This document shows, one piece after another, positions 45,880-58,918 of a stretch of 64,000 nucleotides of DNA. The DNA is from Schmidtea polychroa (taxonomy: Eukaryota): assembly GCA_044892525.1 (NCBI GenBank), contig CM097886.1, positions 161,870,312-161,934,311 of the forward strand, given 5' to 3'. Both the position numbers and the translations under genes were made by a program. Every line of letters starts with the position of its first letter. The first letter of the stretch is position 1. Below the pieces are notes generated by a model. The model worked only from the letters and a program-made list of their open reading frames with translations, did not search any database and was not told the DNA's origin.

Positions 45880-48258
45880 ATAGTTTCCTATTTATTGTTG
45901 TGTTTAACTTATCAGCATGATGACTTGCTCATGTGATTCTGTGGTTAAGATAATTTTTTGATTTAGTTTATATTTATGCTATATATAAATCAATAATCCC
46001 ATCAGAACGATGCATATGAAATTTATATTGTTTAGCATGTAAATTTTTAGATGCATTAGAGTCTCTCGTAGTTGGAGAAAATTTATGGTTTTGTGCAGAA
46101 GTTTTTGATTTATATACTGCATTTTTCAATATCGATTTTTGTTGTTATTATGGTGATCCATTAATAATTAAATCTCAATTACCTTTTGCTATTTGATTAT
46201 TATTGTGTTTAGTTTAAGTTTTCGTGTTGGGAGTCGTCGAACTTTGACTAATATATGAACTAATTTGTGCAAAACAATAATAAATTATTATTTAAATCTT
46301 CGGATTTTTTTTTTCGATAAAAAATAATATTTATAATTAAGAGGAATAAAGTCAAAAATTAATGGAAAAATTTTCTATGGAATAGAATTTATATTGAGGA
46401 TTGAAATGGATTAGAAACCAAGTTAAAATAGTAACTTTTAGGCAAAGTAATATCATGAAAATCTCCACAGGCCGTCAATATCGAGATTGCTCATAACATC
46501 TGTGTTTAAATAATCTTCAGAATATAAATGTTTTGGTGCTTATTCATTTTTATAATATAAACTATTTTTACAATTCTTGCACATTCGGAGGAAACGGCAT
46601 AAAGCACTTTTGAGGATGAGTCCACAAATACCTTCAAAGATTGTTAGCTCTTTTTTAAGAATAATTACCAAATTGTTTTACATTTTTAAGTTGACAGAAA
46701 TTTTGATTGAATACATATGATTAGTAATAACATAGAAATTAAAGAGTTTTACCGATTATTACCGATTTGCACTAATGTTGCTAATTAGATTTTTAATGCA
46801 TCATTAATTGTAAGATCTAGTGAAATAAAAAATTTAGATAAAAAATTTACTATTTAAAATTATTATTTATTGAATCTTAGCAAATTATAACGGATTCACC
46901 GTCGGGCTTGGCTTTTTGGGGAAATTTTTATCTATTTCTGTGAGAGAAAAAAATAATATATCTCGACAGATGTCAAAAGATAATATTGAAGTTAGAAATG
47001 TCCGGAAATGACCGGAAAACAAGAAAATTATCTACAAGTGTCAAGAGATGGCTAGGTGTAAAAGAAAGATACTAATTGGGTAAAGATAGAAAGTTATAGT
47101 AGAGACAGCACTGGAAACGAGAATATAAAAAAAACGGAATATTGAAAATTTGAAGGTTTAAAACGTAATATTGAAACCATACTTCAAAATAATAAAACGA
47201 AAAGGTTGAAAGAGTAACAGAAAAAGGAACGTGATCACTGAATCAATATGTATATTTTGCTCTCAATCGCTTTGTACTGGATAGTATGTAGATGTGATCC
47301 CCATGGACCACTGTCGATTATTTCGCATATACCCCCTCACCCCCTAGAAAATAGTACCAGTTTAGCGATTTCGCGAAATGAGTATCCGTCACTAATCGAA
47401 CGAGTTATCGCGCATTATTGATTTGTAAGTGTTGTTGACAATCAAATTATTATTTAGAGTGTTTAATCCAAGTACTACTATTTTCGTTTTGGAAAATAAA
47501 TTTTAAAAATATTAATAAATACGTATATGTATTGTTGCCATCTTCGATTTCGATATTATTAAAACCAAGAATCCCATCTGTAAATTAAGTGTGAAACATT
47601 TAGTTGCTAAATACTATATCTATACCGTCTACCAGATCTATCTTGTTATATATACAACTTTCAATTGAATGGATAGAGTATTATTCAAATCTAAATATAC
47701 AGTCTGTGAACCATTAATAAAAAAACTCAAAACACCATTTCTCAAATCAGTAATTGAATCAATCAATTGAATCGATTACTACTTGTGGAGAAGGACGATC
47801 AAAAATACACAATTCAGTTTTGTCGGACATCATCATTTTTAAATATTGTTCCACATCCTTTCCATCTATTGTTTATTCAAAATTCGTTGTAGTGTTTAGT
47901 ATAGTATATTCTAAAATCTCTGACATAACCGTTTTAGTATATATCCACTTAAGATCGAAGAATATTATTTAACAATGAACATGAAATATAAGTCGTTTCA
48001 AACATACACACATGCAACAAACAATTCACGATAATTATTAATTGTGTAATTTAATTATTAGATTACTTATAATGTTAGTTTCTGTGTTGGTGGTGGTGAA
48101 GGTTTTTTTAGTTTAGAACCTTTTGTTGTACTAGGCATCAATTTTCCAATTTCATTCATTGCATATGTTTTCAATTCTGGTAGTATATTTTGATCTTTCA
48201 TTATAATATCTATTGCTGTTTTCATGCAAATTATTAGAAGTGCAAACCTTCCAATTGT

Positions 48259-49575
48259 TTGCAACCATCAAGATCCATATTGCTTAGTGGAGCGATTTAT
48301 TTTGAACACGAGAACGACACAGTCCTAAAGAAGACAGTACAACTGACAACTGAGGAACTTAAAAGAACGGAACTTAATGTGATTAAAGAAGAGCAGGTGA
48401 GGTTTTTCTCTGAAGACCTGGCACGACTTATCAAGAATGAAAGGATAGATACCAGAAGCAGTCTGTTAAAGTTGACACCCGTTTTAGATGAGATGAAAGT
48501 GTTACGAAGTATTAGCCGCATAATTCATGCAAAGAATTTACCATGGGAGACAAAATATCCAATAATTTTATCTGAAAAGAGTTGGGTAACAAGACTAATC
48601 ATAAAATATGAAAGTTATTATATTATATGAAAGTTTGAGCCATTATGCAGGAACGCAACACGTCTTGAGTGCGTCGAACGATAAAAATATTGGATTTTGA
48701 TGGCCAAAGTAATGATCAATGCGCAATGTGTAGGAAAAGAAGAGCTAAAGGAATGAGTCAAATAATGGCACCGTTATCGGCGTTCAGGGTTTCAGAACCA
48801 TTTAGAGCTTTTTTTCACTCGGCAGTAGATTTTGCAGAACCGTTTAAAACTAAAGTAGGCAGAGGAAAAATGAGAAATTAAAGGTACATTTGCCTCTTCG
48901 TATGTTTAAAGTCATGGGCGGTACATATTGAAATGGCATATGGGTTGGATACAGATTCATTCATTCGAGCTTTTATGAGGTTTGCAGCGAGGTAAGGAAT
49001 GCCAAAATTGATGATTTCGGACAAAGGCACAAATTTTATAGGCATCACTTCTACAGTAAAGAATTTTGTAATCGACCACTTTAAAACTCAAAGAGAGTTG
49101 TCGAATCTTCAATGCAGTTGGATCTTCAATTCTCCTTCGGCACCGCATTTTGGGGAAGTTTTTGAGTCCATGATCAAATCGCCAGAGAGCAATGAATGCA
49201 ATACTGATAAGTGCAGATGTGACGGACGAAGAATTGAGAAATGTTTTGACAAGAGCTGAAATGTTGATAAATTCTCGGCCATTAGTGGTTCCAAATCATT
49301 TACTAATTGCCGGATAGAAATGAGAAGCTGTAGAAAATATAGAAGTGAAGAAAATTTCAAGTACGATGTTTCGGTGGAAATGAATTAAGGAGTTAACTCG
49401 ACACTTTTGGCGACGATGGATGAAAGAATTGGTTCCGTGCTGCAGACAAAGGGCAAAATGGAATAAGATAGTAGATGATGTTCAGGCAGGGTCAACAGTG
49501 TGGGTATTAGACAAAAAGAAAGAGTATGGAAAGTACCAAGGGGGAAGGTAATTGAATGATACCTGGAGAAAACGG
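48259..49575 (+). mobile_element. BEL/Pao retrotransposon integrase relic
   Basis: [72 protein letters not shown]. Confidence 0.88.
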
Positions 49576-51129
49576 AAAATTAATTTCAAAAAATTCACAA
49601 AACTTACAAAATTTAAACAAGTCCCCTTTTTAAAACAAACTTCCAAATTCACATAAAAATCCAAAAATTTTATAACCAAACAAAATCCAAAACCGATCTC
49701 TCCAAAAACTCGATTATTCAACTCGAAACAATTGTCCGCGTCTGTGTGCGCACACAAATTAATCCAATTTCAAAGAAAAATACGCACACAGACACGACAC
49801 TTCAACTCATGATTCACCATGTATGCTTTTAAAATTAAGTAAATATGAATGTATAAAGTGATGATTTCCTGGTAGCAGCATTAATTAAATGTTAAACAAT
49901 TAAATTATAATATAAGCTTTTTACCGCGAAGTATATATTCAAAAAAATGAAAAATTTTCGACTATAAAAATAATCATTATAAATTTCTTAGAATTTAGCT
50001 GCTTCAATTTTCAAATGCTTTTTGATCTTCTCATTTATTTCTCATTCTTTTAAAATTCAAAATAGAAATTTTAAATAAATAAGTTTTTAAGCTTTTATAA
50101 CTAGTTCTTAATTTTTTTAATAAATAATATTATAAAATATTTATTTATAAAATTTTTTTTAATAACTATATATATGCAATTTAGAAAATTTTAAACATAA
50201 TTATATTTTGATTTTGATTTCTAATGGTTCTTAAAAGCTCACTTCATCTCTTCGTTCGGCATCCGCCCATACTAGTTTCCCCCGGAAAATATTCCCCTTT
50301 AAAATTTTTGATTTTTAATTAATATTTTTGTAATTTAAATTATTATTGTGAATTTGATGTATTTATTGATTTGTACCTCTCTCCTCGAACCCCAACATAT
50401 CTATGTATTAAATGTACTAGGTGGATTTAATATCTTTTCTTAATTTTCTATATTTAAGGATGGCAGCCTTCTTTCAATAATTTTAAATGTTCCTAATTAA
50501 CGAAATTAAATTTCAAAACGTTTTGAAGTGAAATATATTTATCTACTAGACTTTATCCATAGGAATGTTTTTTCTTAAATTTCTTGGAAAATCCTCCTAA
50601 GCCCTGAAAATCAGGATATATAAAAATAATTTCACTTTTATTAAAATATCTTATTTTGAACTGTCACAAAGTTGAAAGCTCTGAAATTATGAAACTTGTT
50701 AAGTTTTAGCAACAAGTGAAAAGTATTCATTGCTAGATCCAATAAAGATAATTCGATTAAAATTTGAAGTCTTAAAAGATCATTTTCGATAGCTAGACCT
50801 TTTATAATATAACCAGTATTCTCTTATAATAAAAGATAATATTAGAATTAAAACAAAATAAAAGTCGAGTCCATTTTTATTTTTAGAACTATTTTACATT
50901 AAATTAAATAAATTTTGGTGTTCAATAATTTTTATATATTAAAATTTAAAGTGATAGCTTTTATAATAAATTATTTTGTATCATCTTAAATTTTTTTGAT
51001 TTAAACAATAAAAATACTTTTGGAAAAATTTTATTAACACATTGACTTTCATGTTTAAGGACGGTCTTAAGAAACAACAAAATTACGCCGGTAATTTTAA
51101 ATTAATTGAAAAATAATGCATTTTTGACA

Positions 51130-51438
51130 TTATTTTTCTGGTTTTTTTGATTTATTATCGTCTACTGATGATATTCTTGGATGATCTAATGCTCTTTCTA
51201 CATTTATATATGCCCCGGCTCCTTTGACAGTAATCGACACAGCTCCTTTATCAAATTCATCTTCATCATCAGAATCTGTCCTTGTCATGTTAGCTTTTTC
51301 AATGATTCTTTTCATTATTATATCATCAGATTTTGTTCTAGTAATTCTCCGATTTTCTACAATATTAGCTAAACTGACTCTTGGCCGATTTGTTCGAACT
51401 TCTGAATTAATGTTTATACCTTTATTTTGCTCAGTCAT
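51130..51438 (-). CDS. Hypothetical protein (102 aa), no recognisable domain
   Basis: ATG-initiated, protein-like composition within very AT-rich flanks; no homology recognised. Confidence 0.3.
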   Translation of the reverse strand: MTEQNKGININSEVRTNRPRVSLANIVENRRITRTKSDDIIMKRIIEKANMTRTDSDDEDEFDKGAVSITVKGAGAYINVERALDHPRISSVDDNKSKKPEK

Positions 51439-51608
51439 ATTTTGGATTAGATTATAAAATGAAGTTACTGAATGAAGTCATCAAAATTTTCATAGATAAT
51501 CAATAACTTTAATATATAAATTTGTATATTCATTAATTTTTATTAATAATATAAAGTAGAAGACATTTTTGTTTATTTTTACCTTCATTTTATAAAAATG
51601 TGTATCAA

Positions 51609-52126
51609 CAGTAATTCTCAGCCCGTGGGTTGTGAGCCCAATAGGGGTTGCCTGAGACATTCTGAAACTTAATTTTTTAAATAAAAAGCATTTATTGTAG
51701 AATTTGACAATTTAATTTGGAAGTTCATTTTCTAAAATATTGACCAAAATATATAACAAATTGTTGTGTTGATAAATTATTATGATTCAATTATATAAAA
51801 TTTGTAAATGATATTAAATTATTTATATGAATTTTTGTTTATTTCAATGTGTTAAAAATACATTAAAAACTAAATTTTATTTTTTATAATTATAATATTT
51901 ATAATTTTGTTTACAACTTATTAGTCAAGAGATAGTATTTTTATCGGATTCGCAAGTTCCTTGAGATGTCTCTTCTACCAAATCTAACTTAAAATCTTTG
52001 TGCAAAATAAAGCAAGCTCATCTCATTCATTAAAATTGAAAATTTTATTTGTAAATATTAACTTTAAAATACTTAACTGTTATTATAATAAAATAAAATA
52101 ATATTAAAACTTTCTTCAAACCACTG
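51609..52126 (+). mobile_element. Degraded hAT (Buster) deletion derivative
   Basis: CAGTAATTCTCAGCC start, KQAHLIH*-like transposase tail at about 52010, AAACCACTG end. TSD not matched. Confidence 0.4.
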
Positions 52127-52184
52127 CTGTAAAAAATATATTTAATTTTAACTGTAATATTTTGTTTACTTAATTGATTTATAA

Positions 52185-54382
52185 CAGGGGTGCCCACTAA
52201 TTTCTCTAGGAGAGCTACATTCACATCCAAAATGTGTATGCGATCTACTTTTTTAATACTTACATAATATTTACCTACAATGCAATAAATTCATCACAAT
52301 AAAACAAATATATGTCAAAATATGGAAAATTAAACTATATAACTATTTATTATAAAAAAATGTAACTTAGGAAATCAAATTTAATGAAAATTATTTTTAT
52401 ATAGAACTTTTCGATGTTGATGCTCTACATTGGGTTGAATCCACTAGATTTTTGTAGTTTGGGATATAAGTGCTAAGACAACTTCTTAGGCTGGATTCCA
52501 AATGGTCATCTGTTAATGTTGCTCGGTACTTTGACTTTATAATTTTCATATGTGAAAATGCAGACTCACATAAATAAGTTGAACCAAAAAATGATACTAA
52601 ATTTTCGAAGCATTTTTTCAAGTTTGAATATCTATCCTCTGATAGATATTTCCATACATTTGGTTCGGAAGATCTTGATTTAATGAAGATATCATTTTGA
52701 AGTGTGATTATTTCCATTTCAAGTATAGGGATATCCATTTTAAACAAAGTTGAAATTGAATCTGCAACAATTTCTGGTTTTATTTTTGGATTAAACGGAA
52801 AGGATATAAATGCAGCCACAATTTCAAGTTTCTTGAAGTCTTGAAAACGTCTCTCGAACTCTAAAACCAAAATTTTGATCTGTTCCGGATATCTCGTAAT
52901 ATTAAAGTTGACATTTTCAGATTCTTTTAATTGTGACAACATATTTGGAAAATAACTTAAATTTTTGTCTTCTATTTTGGTAATAAGTAAATGAAGCTTT
53001 TGTATAAATGCATTGATTGAACTTATCATATCGAATATCAATTTATCCTTACCTTGTAAGTCGAGATTTAATTTATTCAGAATTGCAGTAATATCTACTA
53101 AAAATGCCAAATCCAAGAGCCAAACATCATCTTCCAATTGCTTGAACTCATCACCTCTTGCGGCAAGGAACAACTTAATCTCAGAAAGCAAATCTCTAAA
53201 TCTTTGTAAGAATTTTCCTCTACTTAGCCACCTTACATCTGAATGCATCAGTAATTCAGCAGGACCTTCGCTATTACTTTCTTCAATTTGTAATTTGAAA
53301 AGTCGTCTCTGAAGACTTCTTGCACGAATCGAGTTAGCAATTTTGAATGTTATTTCCATAATATCTCTCATATTCAGAATTTTAGCACACAAGGCTTGTT
53401 GATGAATAATACAGTGATAGGAAAGAAAATCTGGGAATTCACAATCATTCCTACAATATGCTATAAATCCGTTGTGACGCCCTGTCATAGCTGGTGCGCC
53501 ATCTGTTGTTATTGATACAAGCTTACAAATTTGGAGCTGAATGCTGTTGGCATAAGCTTTAAAATTCTGAAATATATCCTCACCTCGAGTTTTACTTTTG
53601 AGTGGTATAATTGTTAATAATTCTTCCTTCGTAGAAAAATCTTTAAAGACCATTCGAATAAAAATTATAAGCTGCGAAATATCAGCCGCATCAGTTGATT
53701 CGTCTGCTTGCAATGAAAATGCGGTACAATTTCCTATGTCTAACATTAACTGATTTTTTAAATTGGTACTTATTTCTTGGACTCTCCGTGTAACTGTATT
53801 ACGGGACAATTGCATATCAGTAATAGCAGAAATTATATCTGATTTATTTTTAAAATCACAAAATAATGATTCTGCCGCTTCTAAAAATGCTTCTTTTACA
53901 ATTACTCCATCACTAAAAGATTTCTTATTTTTTGCCAGAATGTAGCTTACTCGGAAAGATGCAGCTGTAGCTGACTTTGATTTGGATGTTAGCTTCGTAA
54001 AAATGACTGTTGAAAAGAAATGCATGTTTTCAGTTCCATGATTTTAGACTTGCGTAGTTCACTGTCAAGTGGATAATCAACTGCAAAATTCTTATGAATT
54101 GTCTTGAAATGCCTTTCCAAATTCCCTCTTTTTGGTAATGAAATAGTAGCTTTACAAATTAAGCAACAACATTTACCTTTAATCATTACAAAAAAGTACT
54201 CCTTCTCCATTTCTTCGCTATAATGATAAGTCTTGGCTTTTTTATTTAGCATTTTTAAACAAAATTAATTTAACAAAAAAGCTTAAGAAAATTTTTCACT
54301 TTGTTATTTTTTTTATGAAGATCTACTAAAAAATCCTTCGCGATCTACCGGTAGATCGCGATCGACCTTATGGGCACCCCTG
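52185..54382 (-). mobile_element. hAT Buster/Charlie (SPIN/GTF2IRD2-like) transposon
   Basis: TIR CAGGGGTGCCCA, perfect TSD ATTTATAA. Confidence 0.95.
52397..54252 (-). pseudogene. SPIN-like hAT transposase with a single frameshift at about 54005
   Basis: BED finger (CLIC...RHFKTIH), LQADESTD, ITTDGAPAM, HCIIH, VRWLSRG, FGSTYLCESAFS. ORFs 53989-54252 and 52397-54025 differ by a 1-nt loss. Confidence 0.92.
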
Positions 54383-54836
54383 ATTTATAATATTATATAT
54401 AAACAAAAAAATTCTTCTTAATTCTGGTTCTTGGTGTCATAAAAATACTTAACAATTGTTTATAATAATTACAAACTATATTTTAAAATAATTTACTTTG
54501 AGGTGAAATAAATAAGTGTTAGTAACATTATTAGGAAAAATTTAAATATACACTATTTCAATGAGTCACGCACAAAATGACATTGAACAAAAGACAGATG
54601 TTTCAAATATTCATATTAAATTGTTTTAATTAAAACATGTAAATTACGAGTTTTAATTGAAACTATACCAGCATAATCTGCATGCTTATATACCCTTTCA
54701 AAATCCCTACTTTTAATTAGAAAATGAATCTTTCATTTATATTTGTAATTTTGGTAAAATTTCAATTTACATTTTCCGAAAAAGTAAAGAAAATTAGTAT
54801 AAACTGAAATTTTGTATTATTTGTTTTGAAAAAAAG

Positions 54837-55576
54837 GTTAGTAATGACTTTTCAAAATTGGAAAAAGAAGCGATTCGGCAAAGTTTACAAAAATTATTGC
54901 ATAAAATTGATAAAAATCGTGATTCCAAAATTGATAATTTCGAATTAGAAATTTGGATTAGAAATAATATGAGGTTTAATTTTTTTTGAATTTTCCACCT
55001 GGTTTTTAATTTTCTTAGAAATGCCGATTTAGAAGATTCAAAGCATCAGTTACGCTTACATGATGTCGACAATGACGGCCGAATTTCTTTGTCGGAATAC
55101 TTTATAAGTTCGTACAATTTTGACGAATCTAGCATTGAAAAAATGAGAAATTTCTCAACAGTTGATGATCACACTAAATTATTTTTAAAAGTTAATATTA
55201 TATTTTTTGCATAAATTATTTTATATAGGAAATTGATTTAATCAAAAGAAAATTTAATATGGCCGATGCGAATAAAGACGGAATACTTAACGAAGCAGAA
55301 TTTGTTAATTTTGAACATCCGGAACATTTCTTGTACATGGCACCAATAGTAATAGACACGGCGTTGAATAATTATGATAAAAACTCGGATGGATATATAA
55401 ATTTGAAGGAATATTTATATGAAAGTCCTTTATTTAACATGTTGATTTTTATTCAAATATTTTAGTTCACGATTCTATACTTAACAAGTCTGATGAAACA
55501 AATTATTTCAATTCTTTAGATAAAAATAGAGACGGTCAATTAGATAGATCAGAAATATGGCAATGGATGATGCCAG
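54837..55576 (+). CDS. CREC-family (calumenin/reticulocalbin-like) multi-EF-hand protein, internal exons
   Basis: Exons 54837-54973, 55019-55190, 55229-55424 and 55466-55576 (introns 45, 38, 41 bp). EF-hands DKNRDSKIDNFE, DVDNDGRISLSE, DANKDGILNEAE (followed by HPE), DKNSDGYINLKE, DKNRDGQLDRSE. 5' and 3' exons not located. Confidence 0.85.
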
Positions 55577-55875
55577 GTAATTGTGAATTAAAACAAAATT
55601 TTGTTAAATTACGTTGAAAATAAAAATTAAAATTCGAAATAAAATTTTTTAAATTTTCAAATCTTTAATAAAACAACTAACTTCAAATTTAATGCACATT
55701 GGGTTAATTTATATATTTTTATTGTTATAATTGAACAGGTATTTGTACTGTAAACATGTTCATATATTAATCACTTAATTAATTAATTCGTATTATTTAT
55801 ATTAATTTTTGAAATTTTTATTGATTCATTAACAACGACGCTAATAAAGTGGTTTTTCGGTAAACAATTTCGTAT

Positions 55876-55920
<45 letters not shown>

Positions 55921-55925
<5 letters not shown>

Positions 55926-58918
55926 GTGATATTCGAATTTTTTAACAACCGGTACGCATGGAAAAAAATCTATTGTAGGTTATATTTACTTCATAATAGT
56001 TATTTATTTACATATTTACATAAGAAATACATATATTATATATAATAGTATATAAAATTAATTAAATAATTTCCAAATTAAATTTTGGTTTTGGGACGGC
56101 AAATTAGGCGCGGCTGCTTTGACACGTCTGTCACTTGCCATATGATGCCCTTCTCGCAACCATAATTTAACATATGGTGTTGCATCAAAATCCTCAATTG
56201 ATTTTCCCATTAAATTTATTGTCATTAAATGACTTGTTGTTTCAATTAACAACGAATTTCTCTTATCATAAATGATATTGTTCATTGTGCTGAGTCCTCT
56301 TTCAGCTTCTGCGGAATTAACAGCAATTACATTTAAAATTCTTTTTGCTCTCAAAATAGTATTAATATTTTTAGATTCTCTATCTCGCACATCAACAAAA
56401 TCTCGAAAATCATTTACTGGAATGATGTTTTTGATTATTTTATTTAACTGCTCTAACCTATTTTCACCTTCAATCCATGGTGCTTCAAAAATATCACCCG
56501 GCCATGTTTCTGGATTTAATAAATTAAAGCAATTTAAGAGATTATTATAGTTTTCATTTTTATCGTCTAATAGCAAACGCGTTTTCATATGTTTTTCTAA
56601 ACAATCAAAAAATTTATCTCTCGAAACAACAATTGATGTTTTTTTTCTATTAATTTCAAATGGAATATTGTATTTTTTCGTTTTAATAATATCATCTGCT
56701 TCTTTTTCATATGTTCCTTTATTTAATTTTAAATGTTGGAATAGATTTATCGTTCGCCTTATCAAGCTTTCAGCTCTAATTAATGAAATATCTCTTTCTT
56801 GTAAAGCTGTAGACAGTAAAGAAATTTCTTCTAATATGTCGTTTATTAAACCTAAATCTTTTAAAAAGTTTTCATTTTTGAAATATGACATTATTCCAAT
56901 TTCTTTATTTTGACTAAAGTGAATATATAAGGCCTGATATGATTTCCAAACTGCTTTGGCGGTCCTAGCGCTACAGGCTGCCCATCGAGGACCAAATATT
57001 CTACCTATTTTGTGTACTTCAGTGCCAAGTTCTTTAGAAACATTATTTAATTCTCGTTGATGTTTATTTGAAGTATGATAATACGAATAAAGTTTATCGA
57101 GAAAATATCTAAAGTTATTTACTTCATTTACTTCTTTGATAACATCATCTAGAGTTAACTGAATACGATGAGCTAAACAGTGACAGATGCTAATACCTGG
57201 AAAATGTTCTAAAATTCTTGCAGAAACTCCAGCCTTTTTTCCTAACATTACACTAGCACCGTCTGAGCAAAATCCAATAAGATTTTCATGTAAATATTTT
57301 TCATTAAAACCATGTTTTTCAAGAACTGATATTAAGGTTTTAAAAATTATTTCTGATGTTGTTCCTTCTAATTCGACAAGATCAATAAAAACTGTTACAC
57401 TATCATCGGAATCTTGAATTTCAGATTTCAAATAAACTACTAAAACGCTTTTGTGTGAAACAGTTGAGGCTTCATCAATAATAATTGAAATTTTACAACC
57501 TGTATTTATCAGTTTTCCAAAAATAATTCTTCTTATTTCTGTAGATATAAGCTTTGCGACAAGTGGAACTATAAATCTGGAATGTAATGAAAATCCAAAA
57601 TCTACATTATTTTTTTTCTGTAAATCAATTAATTTTTTAAAATCACTGAATGGGTAATTGTTTTTAATTATGAAATAGATCGTATTAAAAATGTTTACTG
57701 TGCTGTTTAAATACTTTTCATTAGCCACATCGAAAGATTTGGAAATTATATTTGTTTCACCAATTTTTATTATTTCCCCAGCTTTTTTATGTGAAGCTGA
57801 TTCATTGTGTTCCTTCAATTTTTTTCTCATTGAATATTGTAAATTTTCTTTGTTCGAGCCATGAGCTTTGACAGAACATGATTTCCACTCCACAGAAATG
57901 TGTAAATGTTTAGCAGTTTCTAAATTTAACGATTCTACTTTCGAACACCACTGACATCCCACATTTTCATCGCTAACAACAATAAGCCACTCGTATTTAG
58001 TTTTAAAATAATTTAGTTGTTTATCATTCCAAAAATGTAGTAACGCAGCATCACGAGACGTTCCAGCTTTTTCCGATTGGTGTTGAACTTCAGAAGTATC
58101 ATCTTTTTCTTTTACCTGTTTTGTTTGATTAGAATTAGTAATATTCTCAGCTTGCTGTTCAGGGTTTTTGGTTATTTTTATAGATTTGCTAAAAAAGTCA
58201 TCCAAATTACCTTGCCTTTTCATTTTTAGGTTGAAACAAAGAAAATATTTAATAATTAATTAATAATTAATTAGAAATTTAAATCAATTTAAAATCTTCA
58301 TACTTGCACGTTAAAACTGAATTTAATAGAGATTAAAAGTAAGGGATAACCATTCACCATAAAAATATTTATACTACTAAACTTTTTATTTAGAGTAAAT
58401 ATATCAAAATAAAAATGTATTCAAAAAGGGAAATTCCCTTTTTATTAAAAGAAAAATATTTTTTTTTACAGAATTTTCCGTTAACCCTTTCAAGCTTAGT
58501 GGTTACGCAGTGAAACCACCTATTAAAATGCAACTTTACACATGCTCAGTAGGAATTTTTCAATTCCATAAATTTTGTTCTATAATTCAATGCTATCTCT
58601 TGGATTGTAGTGGAAATTAAAAGTACTAAAATTCAAATTAGACAGTTTTAAATAGATTTTTTTTTACTAAAACCGAAAAAAATTTTAAATCACAAATTTT
58701 TATTTTATTGTAAGATTTTTTGTATTTGATCGATAATGGCAGGTAAATATTTATATTTTTTTAGTAATTTAGAATGTTTTTATCAATACTTTTACTTTTA
58801 CATACTTTTACTTAAAAACATACTTTTTTTTAATATACAACAACCGGTACGGAAAATTTTAAAAATGTTAACAACCGGTACGAGCGTACCGCCCCGTACC
58901 GGCTGAATATCACCACTG
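55921..58918 (-). mobile_element. hAT transposon inserted in a (TA)n tract
   Basis: TIRs TAGTGGTGATATTC / CAGTGGTGATATTC, TATATATA on both sides, repeated subterminal ACAACCGGTACG. Confidence 0.92.
56058..58223 (-). CDS. Intact hAT transposase (KIAA1586/ZNF862-like), 721 aa
   Basis: Zinc finger CQWC...H...H, IIIDEAST, FCSDGASVM, HCLAH, PRWAA, VNSAEAERGLS; no stops. Confidence 0.92.
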   Translation of the reverse strand: MKRQGNLDDFFSKSIKITKNPEQQAENITNSNQTKQVKEKDDTSEVQHQSEKAGTSRDAALLHFWNDKQLNYFKTKYEWLIVVSDENVGCQWCSKVESLNLETAKHLHISVEWKSCSVKAHGSNKENLQYSMRKKLKEHNESASHKKAGEIIKIGETNIISKSFDVANEKYLNSTVNIFNTIYFIIKNNYPFSDFKKLIDLQKKNNVDFGFSLHSRFIVPLVAKLISTEIRRIIFGKLINTGCKISIIIDEASTVSHKSVLVVYLKSEIQDSDDSVTVFIDLVELEGTTSEIIFKTLISVLEKHGFNEKYLHENLIGFCSDGASVMLGKKAGVSARILEHFPGISICHCLAHRIQLTLDDVIKEVNEVNNFRYFLDKLYSYYHTSNKHQRELNNVSKELGTEVHKIGRIFGPRWAACSARTAKAVWKSYQALYIHFSQNKEIGIMSYFKNENFLKDLGLINDILEEISLLSTALQERDISLIRAESLIRRTINLFQHLKLNKGTYEKEADDIIKTKKYNIPFEINRKKTSIVVSRDKFFDCLEKHMKTRLLLDDKNENYNNLLNCFNLLNPETWPGDIFEAPWIEGENRLEQLNKIIKNIIPVNDFRDFVDVRDRESKNINTILRAKRILNVIAVNSAEAERGLSTMNNIIYDKRNSLLIETTSHLMTINLMGKSIEDFDATPYVKLWLREGHHMASDRRVKAAAPNLPSQNQNLIWKLFN

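Noticed and set aside
2133-57657. Numerous antisense ORFs overlapping gag and transposase genes (e.g. 2133-2816, 9175-9492, 53013-53312, 56272-56550)
   Set aside because: Shadow frames of the real coding strand, with no motifs of their own.
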